A DNA stretch of 64,000 bases, taken from the NCBI GenBank assembly GCA_965216875.1, contig OZ244207.1, positions 8,200,644-8,264,643 on the forward strand, given 5' to 3'. The translations under genes and the position numbers were made by a program. The stretch is from Rubripirellula sp. (GTDB lineage Bacteria; Planctomycetota; Planctomycetia; Pirellulales; Pirellulaceae). Every line of letters begins with the position of its first letter. Position 1 is the first letter of the stretch. Shown piece by piece: positions 27,402-38,583 of the stretch. The notes under the pieces were generated by a model. That model was not told where the DNA came from, made no database searches, and saw nothing but the letters and a program-made list of their open reading frames with translations.

Positions 27402-28450
27402 CCGCCACAACCTCCTCCGCCGCCACATCCCCCGCCGCAACTGCTGCAGCTACTGCACCCGCTACAGCTCGAGAATCCAGATGACCCACAACTTCCGCCG
27501 GACGAGCGGGGCAGTTCGCCGGTCACCTTGTAGTACACCAAAATCCCAACAAAGAAGAATCCAAAGTAAAGCAGAGCCCCCATTTTGACAACGATTCGTC
27601 CCATGTCTTCTACGTAGAAGACGGACCAGATCGCAAGTCCGGCCAGTGAGTACAAGACGACCGCTGGGATCAACGCCATTCCTCCGAGGTCGTTTCGAAA
27701 CACCTCGCCCTCGTCTGGCGTGTCGGTCTGTGTGAACACCAGTGTTGCCGTTGAAACGAGCAAACCGAACACCAGGAAGCCGACTCGGGTGTGGCCGTTT
27801 GCGAGGGAGTCGATCAACTGGGCGATTCCCGTTCCGCTAACAACAATCAAGGCGGCGTGGTTGATGATGTCGGCGTCGATCCAAAGGGCGCGCACGACGA
27901 GATTGGCGACACATGCAACGACAAAGGCGGCAAAAAAGAAATTCAAGAACGTTCGCCCGTCGACATCACGCAATGCCAGGAACGAGACCGTCGCAACGGC
28001 CGCGGCACCAACGTAGATCGCACCAGCAACCACATACTCGTTCGACAACAGACTCAGGCTCTTTCGCTCGGGGCGAGAGACATCCAGTTTTCGCCCCAGC
28101 TTTTTGTGGTAGCCACAGTGGATGCAAACAACAGCACCTTCGGCAATCTTTTTGCCGCAGGTTTCGCACGGCACTTTTTTCTCGGGGTGAGACTTGAGCG
28201 CAGGTGCCGAGGCCGCGGCCAAGAATGCGCCTGCAGTTGCCGCCGCCGATTGCGCCGGCGTGCTTTGCGAAGGATCGCGTTTGAGTCCTGTGGTTTTCTT
28301 TTCCGTCTGGGGCGTTTCGCTTTGTCCTTTGATCTTTGGAACAGAAAACGATTCACCACACCCGGGGCATTTCGCTCGCTTTCCCGAATGGTGCGCGGGA
28401 ACGCGAAGTTTCTTGCCGCACTTGCATCGAAGTTTCAACATTCCGCTCAT
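27389..28450 (-). CDS. Zinc-ribbon membrane protein with C-terminal Cys/Ser/Gly-rich tail (TIGR04222-like putative MNIO substrate)
   Basis: N-terminal CKCG..CPGCG and CETCG..CIHCG; about six hydrophobic segments; ends SGGSCGSSGFSSCSGCSSCSSCGGGCGGGGGCGGCGS*; overlaps the DUF692 start by 13 nt. Confidence 0.8.
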   Translation of the reverse strand: MSGMLKLRCKCGKKLRVPAHHSGKRAKCPGCGESFSVPKIKGQSETPQTEKKTTGLKRDPSQSTPAQSAAATAGAFLAAASAPALKSHPEKKVPCETCGKKIAEGAVVCIHCGYHKKLGRKLDVSRPERKSLSLLSNEYVVAGAIYVGAAAVATVSFLALRDVDGRTFLNFFFAAFVVACVANLVVRALWIDADIINHAALIVVSGTGIAQLIDSLANGHTRVGFLVFGLLVSTATLVFTQTDTPDEGEVFRNDLGGMALIPAVVLYSLAGLAIWSVFYVEDMGRIVVKMGALLYFGFFFVGILVYYKVTGELPRSSGGSCGSSGFSSCSGCSSCSSCGGGCGGGGGCGGCGS

Positions 28451-29226
28451 TCGTCCTCCCCGGTGACTTCGAGCAATGTGACCTCTTCGGGAATCGCGTC
28501 GATCGCTGCGGCGGCTTCGGCAACCCACTGAATCATCGTCGCATAGATCGTTCGAACGGCATCGACGTTCGCGAGATCGCTTTCGGCAACATCGCAGATC
28601 CGTTCGATTGAATCTTGTTCAAGATCGAATCGGCTTGCTGCTTCGATTAAGGTTTCACGCGCACCCTCAGGCCGTGCGACGGGATCGGACTTCAATGCCA
28701 GAGCTGCGCCCAGCGTTCGAGCCAACGCGGCGTGATCGCGTTTGAATTTAGGCATCAGGTCGCGTGCACGCTTGTGTCGAGTCAGGTACGCGCTTTGCAT
28801 TCGCAGCAACAGGTTCTTTAGCTCCTGCTCACACCTTAGCCTGAGGTGGCTCGAATCGATTTGAAGACCTTCCAGTACATCCTCACCAGTAATCAGCTGG
28901 TGGCAGCGTTTCATTTCCAAAAACGTAATAGGGAAAACGTCGGTTGAGGCCCGCATCTCTTCGGGAGAGTGCACCATTGGCGTGATGCGTTCGCTCCCCT
29001 GGACGAGGTCGTAGGCAGACGCCAATTTCTCGAGCGTGCTTGAATGAACGTTGTCGATGACGATCAACACATGAATTGGAATTGATTCGTCAGCGACCAC
29101 ATTCTGCTGAGCATGCGGTCCGTGAAGGATGATGGAAACGAGCGAGGGGCCCATCGCTGTCGGAATCGTTTCCTTGAGCGATTGGATCACCGTGGCTTTC
29201 GATGCCGGTCGTCTACGAAAAAACAT
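28447..29226 (-). CDS. Nucleotidyltransferase-fold protein with degenerate catalytic motif
   Basis: 'SLVSIILHG...IHVLIVID', 'DVFPITFLEMK..H..I.GED', 'LRLRCEQELK..LLRM'; GAGAGG RBS; ATGA overlap with the next gene. Confidence 0.6.
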   Translation of the reverse strand: MFFRRRPASKATVIQSLKETIPTAMGPSLVSIILHGPHAQQNVVADESIPIHVLIVIDNVHSSTLEKLASAYDLVQGSERITPMVHSPEEMRASTDVFPITFLEMKRCHQLITGEDVLEGLQIDSSHLRLRCEQELKNLLLRMQSAYLTRHKRARDLMPKFKRDHAALARTLGAALALKSDPVARPEGARETLIEAASRFDLEQDSIERICDVAESDLANVDAVRTIYATMIQWVAEAAAAIDAIPEEVTLLEVTGEDE

Positions 29227-29340
29227 ATTGCCTCTCAGTTGGAGAATCCCTCTCTACTGGACAAGGCAATGATCGTAGCGTTTCAGGGCGCGCAACACCA
29301 AAGTGCGCAAATCGCCGACGGGGACGTCCCGAAACGAGAA

Positions 29341-31743
<2,403 letters not shown>

Positions 31744-31788
31744 GACATTCTTCTCGGTAGGGAAGGCTGGAGGGGGAGTGATCGAGGA

Positions 31789-32925
31789 TCACTCAGGTAG
31801 GAGTTCTTTGCGTGACCGTTTTGAGATCGGGCCGCAGAGGACCAACAGCAAAGCAGCGAGCGCGCCGATTCCACCAACGGTTAGCAATACCGGCACGATG
31901 CCCCGGCGTCGACGCTGCGGTTGGGGTGTCTTCACTTCGGGATCACTGCGATAGGTTTTGTTGTACATCTGGTCCACGGCGGCACCCTCGGCGATCCACC
32001 GTTTTTCGTTGGTCGCCAACTCGTCATACCAAACGCTGGCATCTTTCAATTCAGCCTGCAACTTTTTCTCGACGAACAACACGCTGATGGATTTGGTCGA
32101 ACCTGACTTGGCGACCTGCAGCGCAAGTGCCTTTTTGGCGTGCGACTGATAGCCTGCCTTAGCTTCGTCGTCTTCGACTTGGTAGGAAGCGATCAAAAAG
32201 CAACGGGCCGCCATGCGTTTGGCATCGACTTCGGGGTCATGGCTCGACAGCAAGAGTTGGCCCAGTACTTCTAGCAAAATCGGATGATCATGTTTCGAAA
32301 AACGCATCATGCCCGTGACACCCTTGATCGCTGCGTCGCGTTGATCATCACTGATCGCGTCCTGGTCTGATCGTGCGGCGATGAATCTTGGAAAGCTGTC
32401 CGCCGTCATGACACCGCGGGCGAGCGGCAGCTTCAGTTCACCGTCTTGCTTGAGTGTCAGGATGTATTCGACCAACATCTTTTGATACTTCTCGCGTCCG
32501 AAGTGAGCATCGGGGTTCACTTCGAGTGCCTTGTCGATGTAGACCAAGCCCTCATCGTGCTGGCCAGCGTGGATCAAGAAGGTGCCGAGATTGGCCAGCG
32601 ATTCATAGCGGTTCGGCGTTCGCTCAAGCTGCTCGTTGGCAATCTCGATCGCTTCTTCGAAACGTTGCAACTTTTCATACGAGACAGCGACATCGTCCAG
32701 CAGTCGGTCGTCCGTTGGATTGGCTTTGAGTTTCTCGAGTCGGTCCTCGAGCCGCCATTGGTAATAGTCGCTCGAGTGGCGGAGGAACTTGCCCGTAATC
32801 AGCTCGAGGATGTTTGGGAACTTCTCGCGTTCTTGGGCCAGTGTTTCCGAATCCCAAAGGCAGGCAAACAGTCGACCGTTGGTGACCACCACAAACAGGC
32901 AAACGAAAAGAAGAGTGTTTCGCAC
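31789..32925 (-). CDS. TPR-repeat protein with signal peptide and C-terminal TM anchor
   Basis: TPR-like 'ANLGTFLIHAG..EGLVYIDKALEVNPDAHFGRE'; C-terminal hydrophobic helix plus basic tail; start uncertain (GTG 32925 chosen). Confidence 0.65.
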   Translation of the reverse strand: MRNTLLFVCLFVVVTNGRLFACLWDSETLAQEREKFPNILELITGKFLRHSSDYYQWRLEDRLEKLKANPTDDRLLDDVAVSYEKLQRFEEAIEIANEQLERTPNRYESLANLGTFLIHAGQHDEGLVYIDKALEVNPDAHFGREKYQKMLVEYILTLKQDGELKLPLARGVMTADSFPRFIAARSDQDAISDDQRDAAIKGVTGMMRFSKHDHPILLEVLGQLLLSSHDPEVDAKRMAARCFLIASYQVEDDEAKAGYQSHAKKALALQVAKSGSTKSISVLFVEKKLQAELKDASVWYDELATNEKRWIAEGAAVDQMYNKTYRSDPEVKTPQPQRRRRGIVPVLLTVGGIGALAALLLVLCGPISKRSRKELLPE

Positions 32926-33110
32926 GTTTGGACCGGCAATGACAGGAAGTGAATGGCCACCGGCAAACTTGGTCGCCGCCGGATGACCTCTTTCGAAGTC
33001 GAGCTCAACGTGTATTGTAACCATCCGAGGTGTCGCAGCGCCAGCTCACGTTGCTTGGTAAAAACACGCCGGTTACCCCGTTCGATTTCACCGCATTCCG
33101 CGAATTCATC

Positions 33111-33554
33111 ATGTTTTTTATCGATGTACTGTCACGAGTCGTACACGTTGGGACTGCCATCACGTTGGTGGGCGGAAGCCTGTTCATGTTGCTCGTGCTG
33201 ATGCCATCCGCAAAAGAGCTCGATGAATCACCACACAAACAGCTCGCCGCTGCTGTGGGTGGGCGTTGGAAGCGATTCGTTCACCTCGGCATCCTGTTGT
33301 TTCTCATCAGCGGGTTTTACAACTACTTTCGCGCGATGCCCAAGCACGAGGGCGATTCGCTTTACCACGCGTTGGTCGGTACCAAGATCTTGATCGCGAT
33401 GGTTGTTTTCTTCTTCGCATCAGCCTTGGTTGGCCGCAGCGCCAAGTTCGAAGGAATTCGGGCCAATCGCAGCAAGTGGCTCTCGATCACGGTTGTGTTG
33501 GCAATGATCGTGGTGTGTATCTCAGGCTTCGTCAAAATCCGAGGCCTACCCTAG
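33111..33554 (+). CDS. CopD-like four-helix membrane protein
   Basis: 'SRVVHVGTAITLVGGSLF', 'LISGFYN', 'YHAL.GTKIL'; four TM segments. Confidence 0.55.
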   Translation: MFFIDVLSRVVHVGTAITLVGGSLFMLLVLMPSAKELDESPHKQLAAAVGGRWKRFVHLGILLFLISGFYNYFRAMPKHEGDSLYHALVGTKILIAMVVFFFASALVGRSAKFEGIRANRSKWLSITVVLAMIVVCISGFVKIRGLP

Positions 33555-33559
33555 GTCAT

Positions 33560-34603
33560 CTAAGCGGCAAGTGCGTTGTTGAATTTGGGATGGAGCGGTT
33601 TCTTTAACAACTCGCAGATGTCACGCAGCGTGTTGCGCCAACTTTCAGCCCCAGCCGAATCGCCCAGCTCTGAATAGAGTTTGATCAGCTCGAGAGCTCC
33701 GCAAGCCACTTCCCACGTGTAGAGTTCACGATCTCGGTCGCGTTGTTGTTCCAACAGCACGTCGATCGCCTTGTCCTTACGCCCGGAGGCCAACCAATAG
33801 TCCGAGAGAGCCTCGTAGGTTCGATCGGTCAAGGTTTCGCCCATTGGTTTTACCGCAGCTCGATAAGCGCGCTCGGCACCCGATTGATCGCCCAATCGAG
33901 CCAATGCGCTGGCTCGAATCGCATGTAAAGCGCGGTCACACTGCAGGTCTTCCGGCGCGTTTGACAATCCGAGGTCAGCAAATCGAAGCTGCAACTCATA
34001 GTTGGCGTCGAGATGTTCAATAAACGCCATCCGTGCGTATTGCCAGCAGATGTAAAAACTCGATGCCCCGCTGCAGGCTTCGGCTGCGACGAATCTGCGG
34101 TCCATGTATTCGCGGGCCAACTTGAGGTCGCCCAAATCGAGATACATTTCGCTCATCGTCGAGAGATAGATGCAGCTATGATCTGATTTTGGCTCGCAGA
34201 TCCGGTCCAAGTACTCGTAGCTCGCGATGACTTCATTTTGGTATCCGTGCGGATCGCGACTTGCCATTCGCGAAGCGAGTACGTTGTTCGACATGATGCC
34301 AACAGGCATGTGAGCGTATTTGGGATCACGTGCCAAAATCGCATTCTTGACGAGCAATGTGTTCGCTTCGGCTGCGCGGCCGATGTCCTCGAGCGATTGT
34401 GCGAGGAAGTGCCTGATCCACAGTCCGAATTCGTCCTCACCCGCCAGTTGCAGCGATTGCTCGTAGTACTGGACACTCTCTCGCGCGTTGCCGTGATGGA
34501 AACCACGCGCGAAGACTGTGAACATCTGCTCGACGACGTGGGGGCAATCGGGGGCGTTTCGTCGGCGATCACAGTATTCCTCATACCAGTCCAAAACGTT
34601 CAT
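33560..34603 (-). CDS. TPR-like helical repeat protein coupled to the HSP90 gene
   Basis: Ala/Leu/Tyr helical repeats such as 'LARLGDQSGAERAY' and 'YSELGDSAGAESW'; ATGA overlap with the HSP90 stop. Confidence 0.6.
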   Translation of the reverse strand: MNVLDWYEEYCDRRRNAPDCPHVVEQMFTVFARGFHHGNARESVQYYEQSLQLAGEDEFGLWIRHFLAQSLEDIGRAAEANTLLVKNAILARDPKYAHMPVGIMSNNVLASRMASRDPHGYQNEVIASYEYLDRICEPKSDHSCIYLSTMSEMYLDLGDLKLAREYMDRRFVAAEACSGASSFYICWQYARMAFIEHLDANYELQLRFADLGLSNAPEDLQCDRALHAIRASALARLGDQSGAERAYRAAVKPMGETLTDRTYEALSDYWLASGRKDKAIDVLLEQQRDRDRELYTWEVACGALELIKLYSELGDSAGAESWRNTLRDICELLKKPLHPKFNNALAA

Positions 34604-36429
34604 GGTTGAATCAGTTGAGTCAATGCTTGGTTGAGCGTTTTGAGAGAGTCGACTCCTTCTTTCGTGTCGAGCTTGGCTTGGCACAGCAAACGAGTCATGT
34701 GCACGAGCAAGTTCATCGGCGCATCCTCGAGCTTGCCAGACTCGGCGAGTTCGTTGAACTGTTGGATCAATGGCGACGCCGTATTGAGATAGAAGATGCC
34801 ATCGAGATCAGGAATGGTCGATTCTTTTTGGCTAACCCAGTCGGGCAATATGTCGGCGATTCCGGGCATCAACGCATCGTCCTCGATCGCTCGCTTTGCG
34901 TTTCGCAGCACTTCCGCTTCGGGCGGGTAGCTAACCACGGCACAAAGCTGCGATGGCTCGAACGAAGCGGTCACAAACCGCTCCTGCAATTCAAGCTGCC
35001 CAAATCGATCCAACAAGGCTTGGTACCGTGTACTTGGTGATCGCTTGACCAACGAATCCATCACGCTGTCACACGAAACCAATTTGGCTTGTGGATTGTG
35101 TTGAGCATATCGATGTAAAAAGGGTTGCACGCCAAACCAGCTTGCGTCGATCACTGGCGCAGGGTGGGCATTGGCAAGTAGGCGTTCGGCGGGAGAAACG
35201 ATTGATTGGGAGCGGAAGTATATTTCGCTTGAGCCGCTCAGGCATTGATCGATCGTTTTTCGTCCCTGCGAGGTTTCAAGTTCAATACTGTCGACAAGCC
35301 TTTCAAACAAACTGTCGTCGCTCGACACCCAGCCCACGATCAAGTCAGTGTGTGAGCGTACGATCTCGTTCCATAGTTCGGGCTTGCTAGTCGAGAGCTC
35401 TTCAAGCGTCTTGAGTAACTGTTCTTCGACAGCTTGGGAAACGAGTTCGAAGCCTTCGTCTTCGTGAATGCTCTCGCGCGAGGCGGTCGGTTGCAGCATC
35501 GGACTGCTGACATACGCGCGGACAAATTTCGCCCAGTTCGGCAGCAACGTCCGATGATTGCTGCAAATGAACATGTTACGGATGTAGATCGATGCGTCAC
35601 CGAACTCCTGCAGCGACGCGATGGAGCGTTGTGGAACGTAGAACGCCCCCGACAAAGGCACTTTGATCGAGTCTAAGTTCAACTGGATGGTCCAATCCCG
35701 AAGCGGGAGAACGCAGAGTGGTTTCTGAATCGATCGAGACTCCAAGAAATCGTTCATCTCTCGGTCAAATTCGTCGGCCTCCCAAGGTGCTTGGCCGCGA
35801 TTGGCGGGAACCGATTGCCCTTCGAGATAGATCGGGTGCGGAAGCAGATCGCAGTATTCCGTGATCAGGTCACCAAGGACACGCTCGTTGAGTAGATGAC
35901 GCATCGCGGGTTTGCAAAACAAGCGGATCCGCGTGCCGACGGTGTCGCGACTGCCCGGTTCCATTTCATACGAGCCGTCGCCGCGGCTGCGCCAGCGAAC
36001 CGGTTTTCCATCAGGCTTGCCGCTGAGCGTTTCAAGTTCGACCGATTCGGCGACCAAGAACGCACTGAGGAACCCGAGTCCAAACTGGCCAATCAGCTGA
36101 TCGAGTTCGCGGCTTTCCCCAAACGCATCCGATTCGCGAAGGTGCCGCGTGTAGCCGCTGCCAATGGTCGTGAGGTACTCGACAATCTCGTTCTCGGTGA
36201 GGCCGGAGCCGTTATCTTCGATCTCAAGCAGGTGAAGCGAGGCATCGATTCGCACATCGATTCGCGGTTCGTACACCTGGCCTTCGCTTTCGATTTGTCG
36301 CCGCGAGCAGGAGTCGTGGGCGTTTTGAAGCAGTTCACGGACGCCCACGCGGCGATCCGCGTAAAGATGCTCGGCGAGAACCTGAAGCAAACCGGGGAGG
36401 TGAAGTTTGAAATCGTTTTCCGTGCTCAT
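34600..36429 (-). CDS. HSP90-family ATPase (divergent HtpG paralogue)
   Basis: 'RELLQNAHDS', 'EDNGSGL', 'IGQFGLGFLSAF', 'GT', middle domain 'LLPNWAKFVR...PTASRE'. Confidence 0.9.
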   Translation of the reverse strand: MSTENDFKLHLPGLLQVLAEHLYADRRVGVRELLQNAHDSCSRRQIESEGQVYEPRIDVRIDASLHLLEIEDNGSGLTENEIVEYLTTIGSGYTRHLRESDAFGESRELDQLIGQFGLGFLSAFLVAESVELETLSGKPDGKPVRWRSRGDGSYEMEPGSRDTVGTRIRLFCKPAMRHLLNERVLGDLITEYCDLLPHPIYLEGQSVPANRGQAPWEADEFDREMNDFLESRSIQKPLCVLPLRDWTIQLNLDSIKVPLSGAFYVPQRSIASLQEFGDASIYIRNMFICSNHRTLLPNWAKFVRAYVSSPMLQPTASRESIHEDEGFELVSQAVEEQLLKTLEELSTSKPELWNEIVRSHTDLIVGWVSSDDSLFERLVDSIELETSQGRKTIDQCLSGSSEIYFRSQSIVSPAERLLANAHPAPVIDASWFGVQPFLHRYAQHNPQAKLVSCDSVMDSLVKRSPSTRYQALLDRFGQLELQERFVTASFEPSQLCAVVSYPPEAEVLRNAKRAIEDDALMPGIADILPDWVSQKESTIPDLDGIFYLNTASPLIQQFNELAESGKLEDAPMNLLVHMTRLLCQAKLDTKEGVDSLKTLNQALTQLIQP

Positions 36430-36620
36430 AAGCCCAGAGTTAGCAAAAAGGTACGATTTGCGATTCGAAGTTCATTGGAAGTGATCAGTCAGCACAGGCA
36501 AGACAAGACCGAGACCAAACGCGTTCGGGGCTGCCAACGTAAAGGCTTGCCTCTGCGACTCGCTCCGGCATCGCGAAAGGAGCAGGCCGCCACCATCGAA
36601 GCTACAAGAATGAGTGCAAG

Positions 36621-37127
36621 CTACTTACGAGTGTCGATCACGATGGTGCCCGATAGCGTGTCATGCCAACCCGTTCGATTGTCGCCGAAGAGAAACGAAA
36701 ACGGCTCAAAGGGGATCATCCGCGCGGCACTGCGTCCGAAAACTTGACCGAAGCTTGGTTTGCCACCTTCCGAGTTTGCCACCTTGGTGCCCGTGATGAA
36801 CTTGGCGATGGTGCGGCCGCAAATGGCTTCAAAGAAAACATAGTAGAAGAGGTACATCGAAATCCCGATCAAGCCACCAACAAGATTCAGCATCGTTTCG
36901 GTTTCGGGTGTGATTTCGCCGCCACGGGCTGCGACCGACATGCCGTAGGCAATGCCGATGCCAAATGCGACCACTGTAATGAAGACACGAACGAGAATGC
37001 TGTCGATGATGAAGTTCAGAAACCTCTTGTTCTGTGATGCAACATGGAACGGGCTGGTTTGAGTCGACGCGTCGAACGTTGGCTCGGAAGGTGTATCGGG
37101 CGCTGCGTAGGGGTTGTCGATAGACAT
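36621..37127 (-). CDS. RDD family membrane protein
   Basis: 'KRFLNFIID', 'GRTIAK..TG.KV', 'GWHDTLSGT'. Confidence 0.9.
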   Translation of the reverse strand: MSIDNPYAAPDTPSEPTFDASTQTSPFHVASQNKRFLNFIIDSILVRVFITVVAFGIGIAYGMSVAARGGEITPETETMLNLVGGLIGISMYLFYYVFFEAICGRTIAKFITGTKVANSEGGKPSFGQVFGRSAARMIPFEPFSFLFGDNRTGWHDTLSGTIVIDTRK

Positions 37128-37276
37128 TTAATGACTCCGGGATAAGGAACGGGCGCCGCAATGCACCTGAGTGGGGGACTGCGCACCCCGTGGGGATTAT
37201 GTCATATCCGACGTGCCGAAACAGCACTGCGGGGATCAAAAACGGTGCCGCAGGAAAGCCGATTCGCAAACCCGAT

Positions 37277-38311
37277 CTACTCGTGCGCGTGGCGGTCCAG
37301 TTTCAAACGCTCGATCGAATCCAGCTCGGGGGCACCGCCACGATTCCCACTGCCTGATGCGGTGTAGAGATAGCCGTCAATCACCGCCAACCCGCTCCCG
37401 TGCCGACCTCGATTGAGTGACGGCCAGGTTGACCAGGTTTTGGCGACTGGATCGTAGGCTTCAACTTCGCTATGGGCCGTCTTGCGATTGCCGCTTTCGC
37501 CGCCCACGACAACCAGCTTTCCATCCAAGTCAATCGACATCGATCCCGCGCGCTGGGTCGGTAGCTTGGGAGACGCTTCATCGGTGAGCCAACGTTCCGT
37601 TTCAAAATCGAAAACGTCGATGTCATCGATCGTCAAACTAAAGACCTCGCCGGTCTTGTGCGACGTGCGGCGTCCGCCGGCCGCGTAAAGTTTGTTGTCG
37701 ATGACAACGGCTTGAAAGTGGTCACGTGCGTTTGGTGCGTCTTCCAGAACATCCCATGCGCCTGTTTTCGGGTCGTACACATCGAACCAGTTCTGGCAAC
37801 CATCCATGTGACCGTTTGTGATACCGCCGATCAAATAGATCTTTCCGTTGTGGTAGACCGCGCCGGCGCCACCGCGGCGACGTTGCTCGGGAATGGAATG
37901 AACGAACTCGAAGGTATCCGTCTTCGGATGATAAACGACAATCTTCTCAAGTGGTGTTTCGGTCGGGAAACGTCCCGTCATCGCGCCCATCAAATAGATC
38001 TTGTCACCGACCACAACGCCTTGGAAGTGATGCAGTTCAAGAGGCGTCGGGCTCTTTGATGTCCACGCATTGGTTTGTGGGTCGAAGACGTCGACTGGGT
38101 TGATGCGTCTGCCACCGAGCAGAAAGAGTTTGCCTTCGAACCCCACCAAAGCGGCCTCGTGACGTGCGGTGGGCTCGCCCTTGCACTCGACTGTTTTCCA
38201 CTGCCAAGCGTTCTCGTGTGCATGCTCGTCACCGGTGGCGTCGAACGAAATAAGGCTCAGATGAGATGCGAAAAGACAGCAAGTGAGCAAGTATGTGGAG
38301 CAGCGTTTCAT
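37277..38311 (-). CDS. Secreted Kelch-repeat beta-propeller
   Basis: Repeated 'LFLLGG', 'IYLIGG', 'LYAAGG', 'LVVVGG', each followed by YDP...W. Confidence 0.9.
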   Translation of the reverse strand: MKRCSTYLLTCCLFASHLSLISFDATGDEHAHENAWQWKTVECKGEPTARHEAALVGFEGKLFLLGGRRINPVDVFDPQTNAWTSKSPTPLELHHFQGVVVGDKIYLMGAMTGRFPTETPLEKIVVYHPKTDTFEFVHSIPEQRRRGGAGAVYHNGKIYLIGGITNGHMDGCQNWFDVYDPKTGAWDVLEDAPNARDHFQAVVIDNKLYAAGGRRTSHKTGEVFSLTIDDIDVFDFETERWLTDEASPKLPTQRAGSMSIDLDGKLVVVGGESGNRKTAHSEVEAYDPVAKTWSTWPSLNRGRHGSGLAVIDGYLYTASGSGNRGGAPELDSIERLKLDRHAHE

Positions 38312-38583
38312 CGATCGATGACTTGAGAAAAGGAGGAGGAAGCTGAGCAGACGTCCCTATTTGAATCGGCGGCGCTACGTTTGAACACTCCCGACGTCAG
38401 ACGAGTGAGGAAACAACGCAGGCGATCGCAGGGACCACGGATTGGACGAACCACACGGATTGGCGGATCTGCCGGTCAGCTTCATCGGGCTCACCGTTCC
38501 CGTTAGGATTTGTGCTTCACAGAATCAATCGAGCAAGTTCCGCATCGTCGTATGCATGCGGGCCTCATCGCCGCCTCTTTGAG

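Noticed and set aside
33111..33554. CopD-like gene as part of the MNIO metal-handling system
   Set aside because: About 4 kb away on the opposite strand with unrelated genes between; the CopD assignment itself is tentative.
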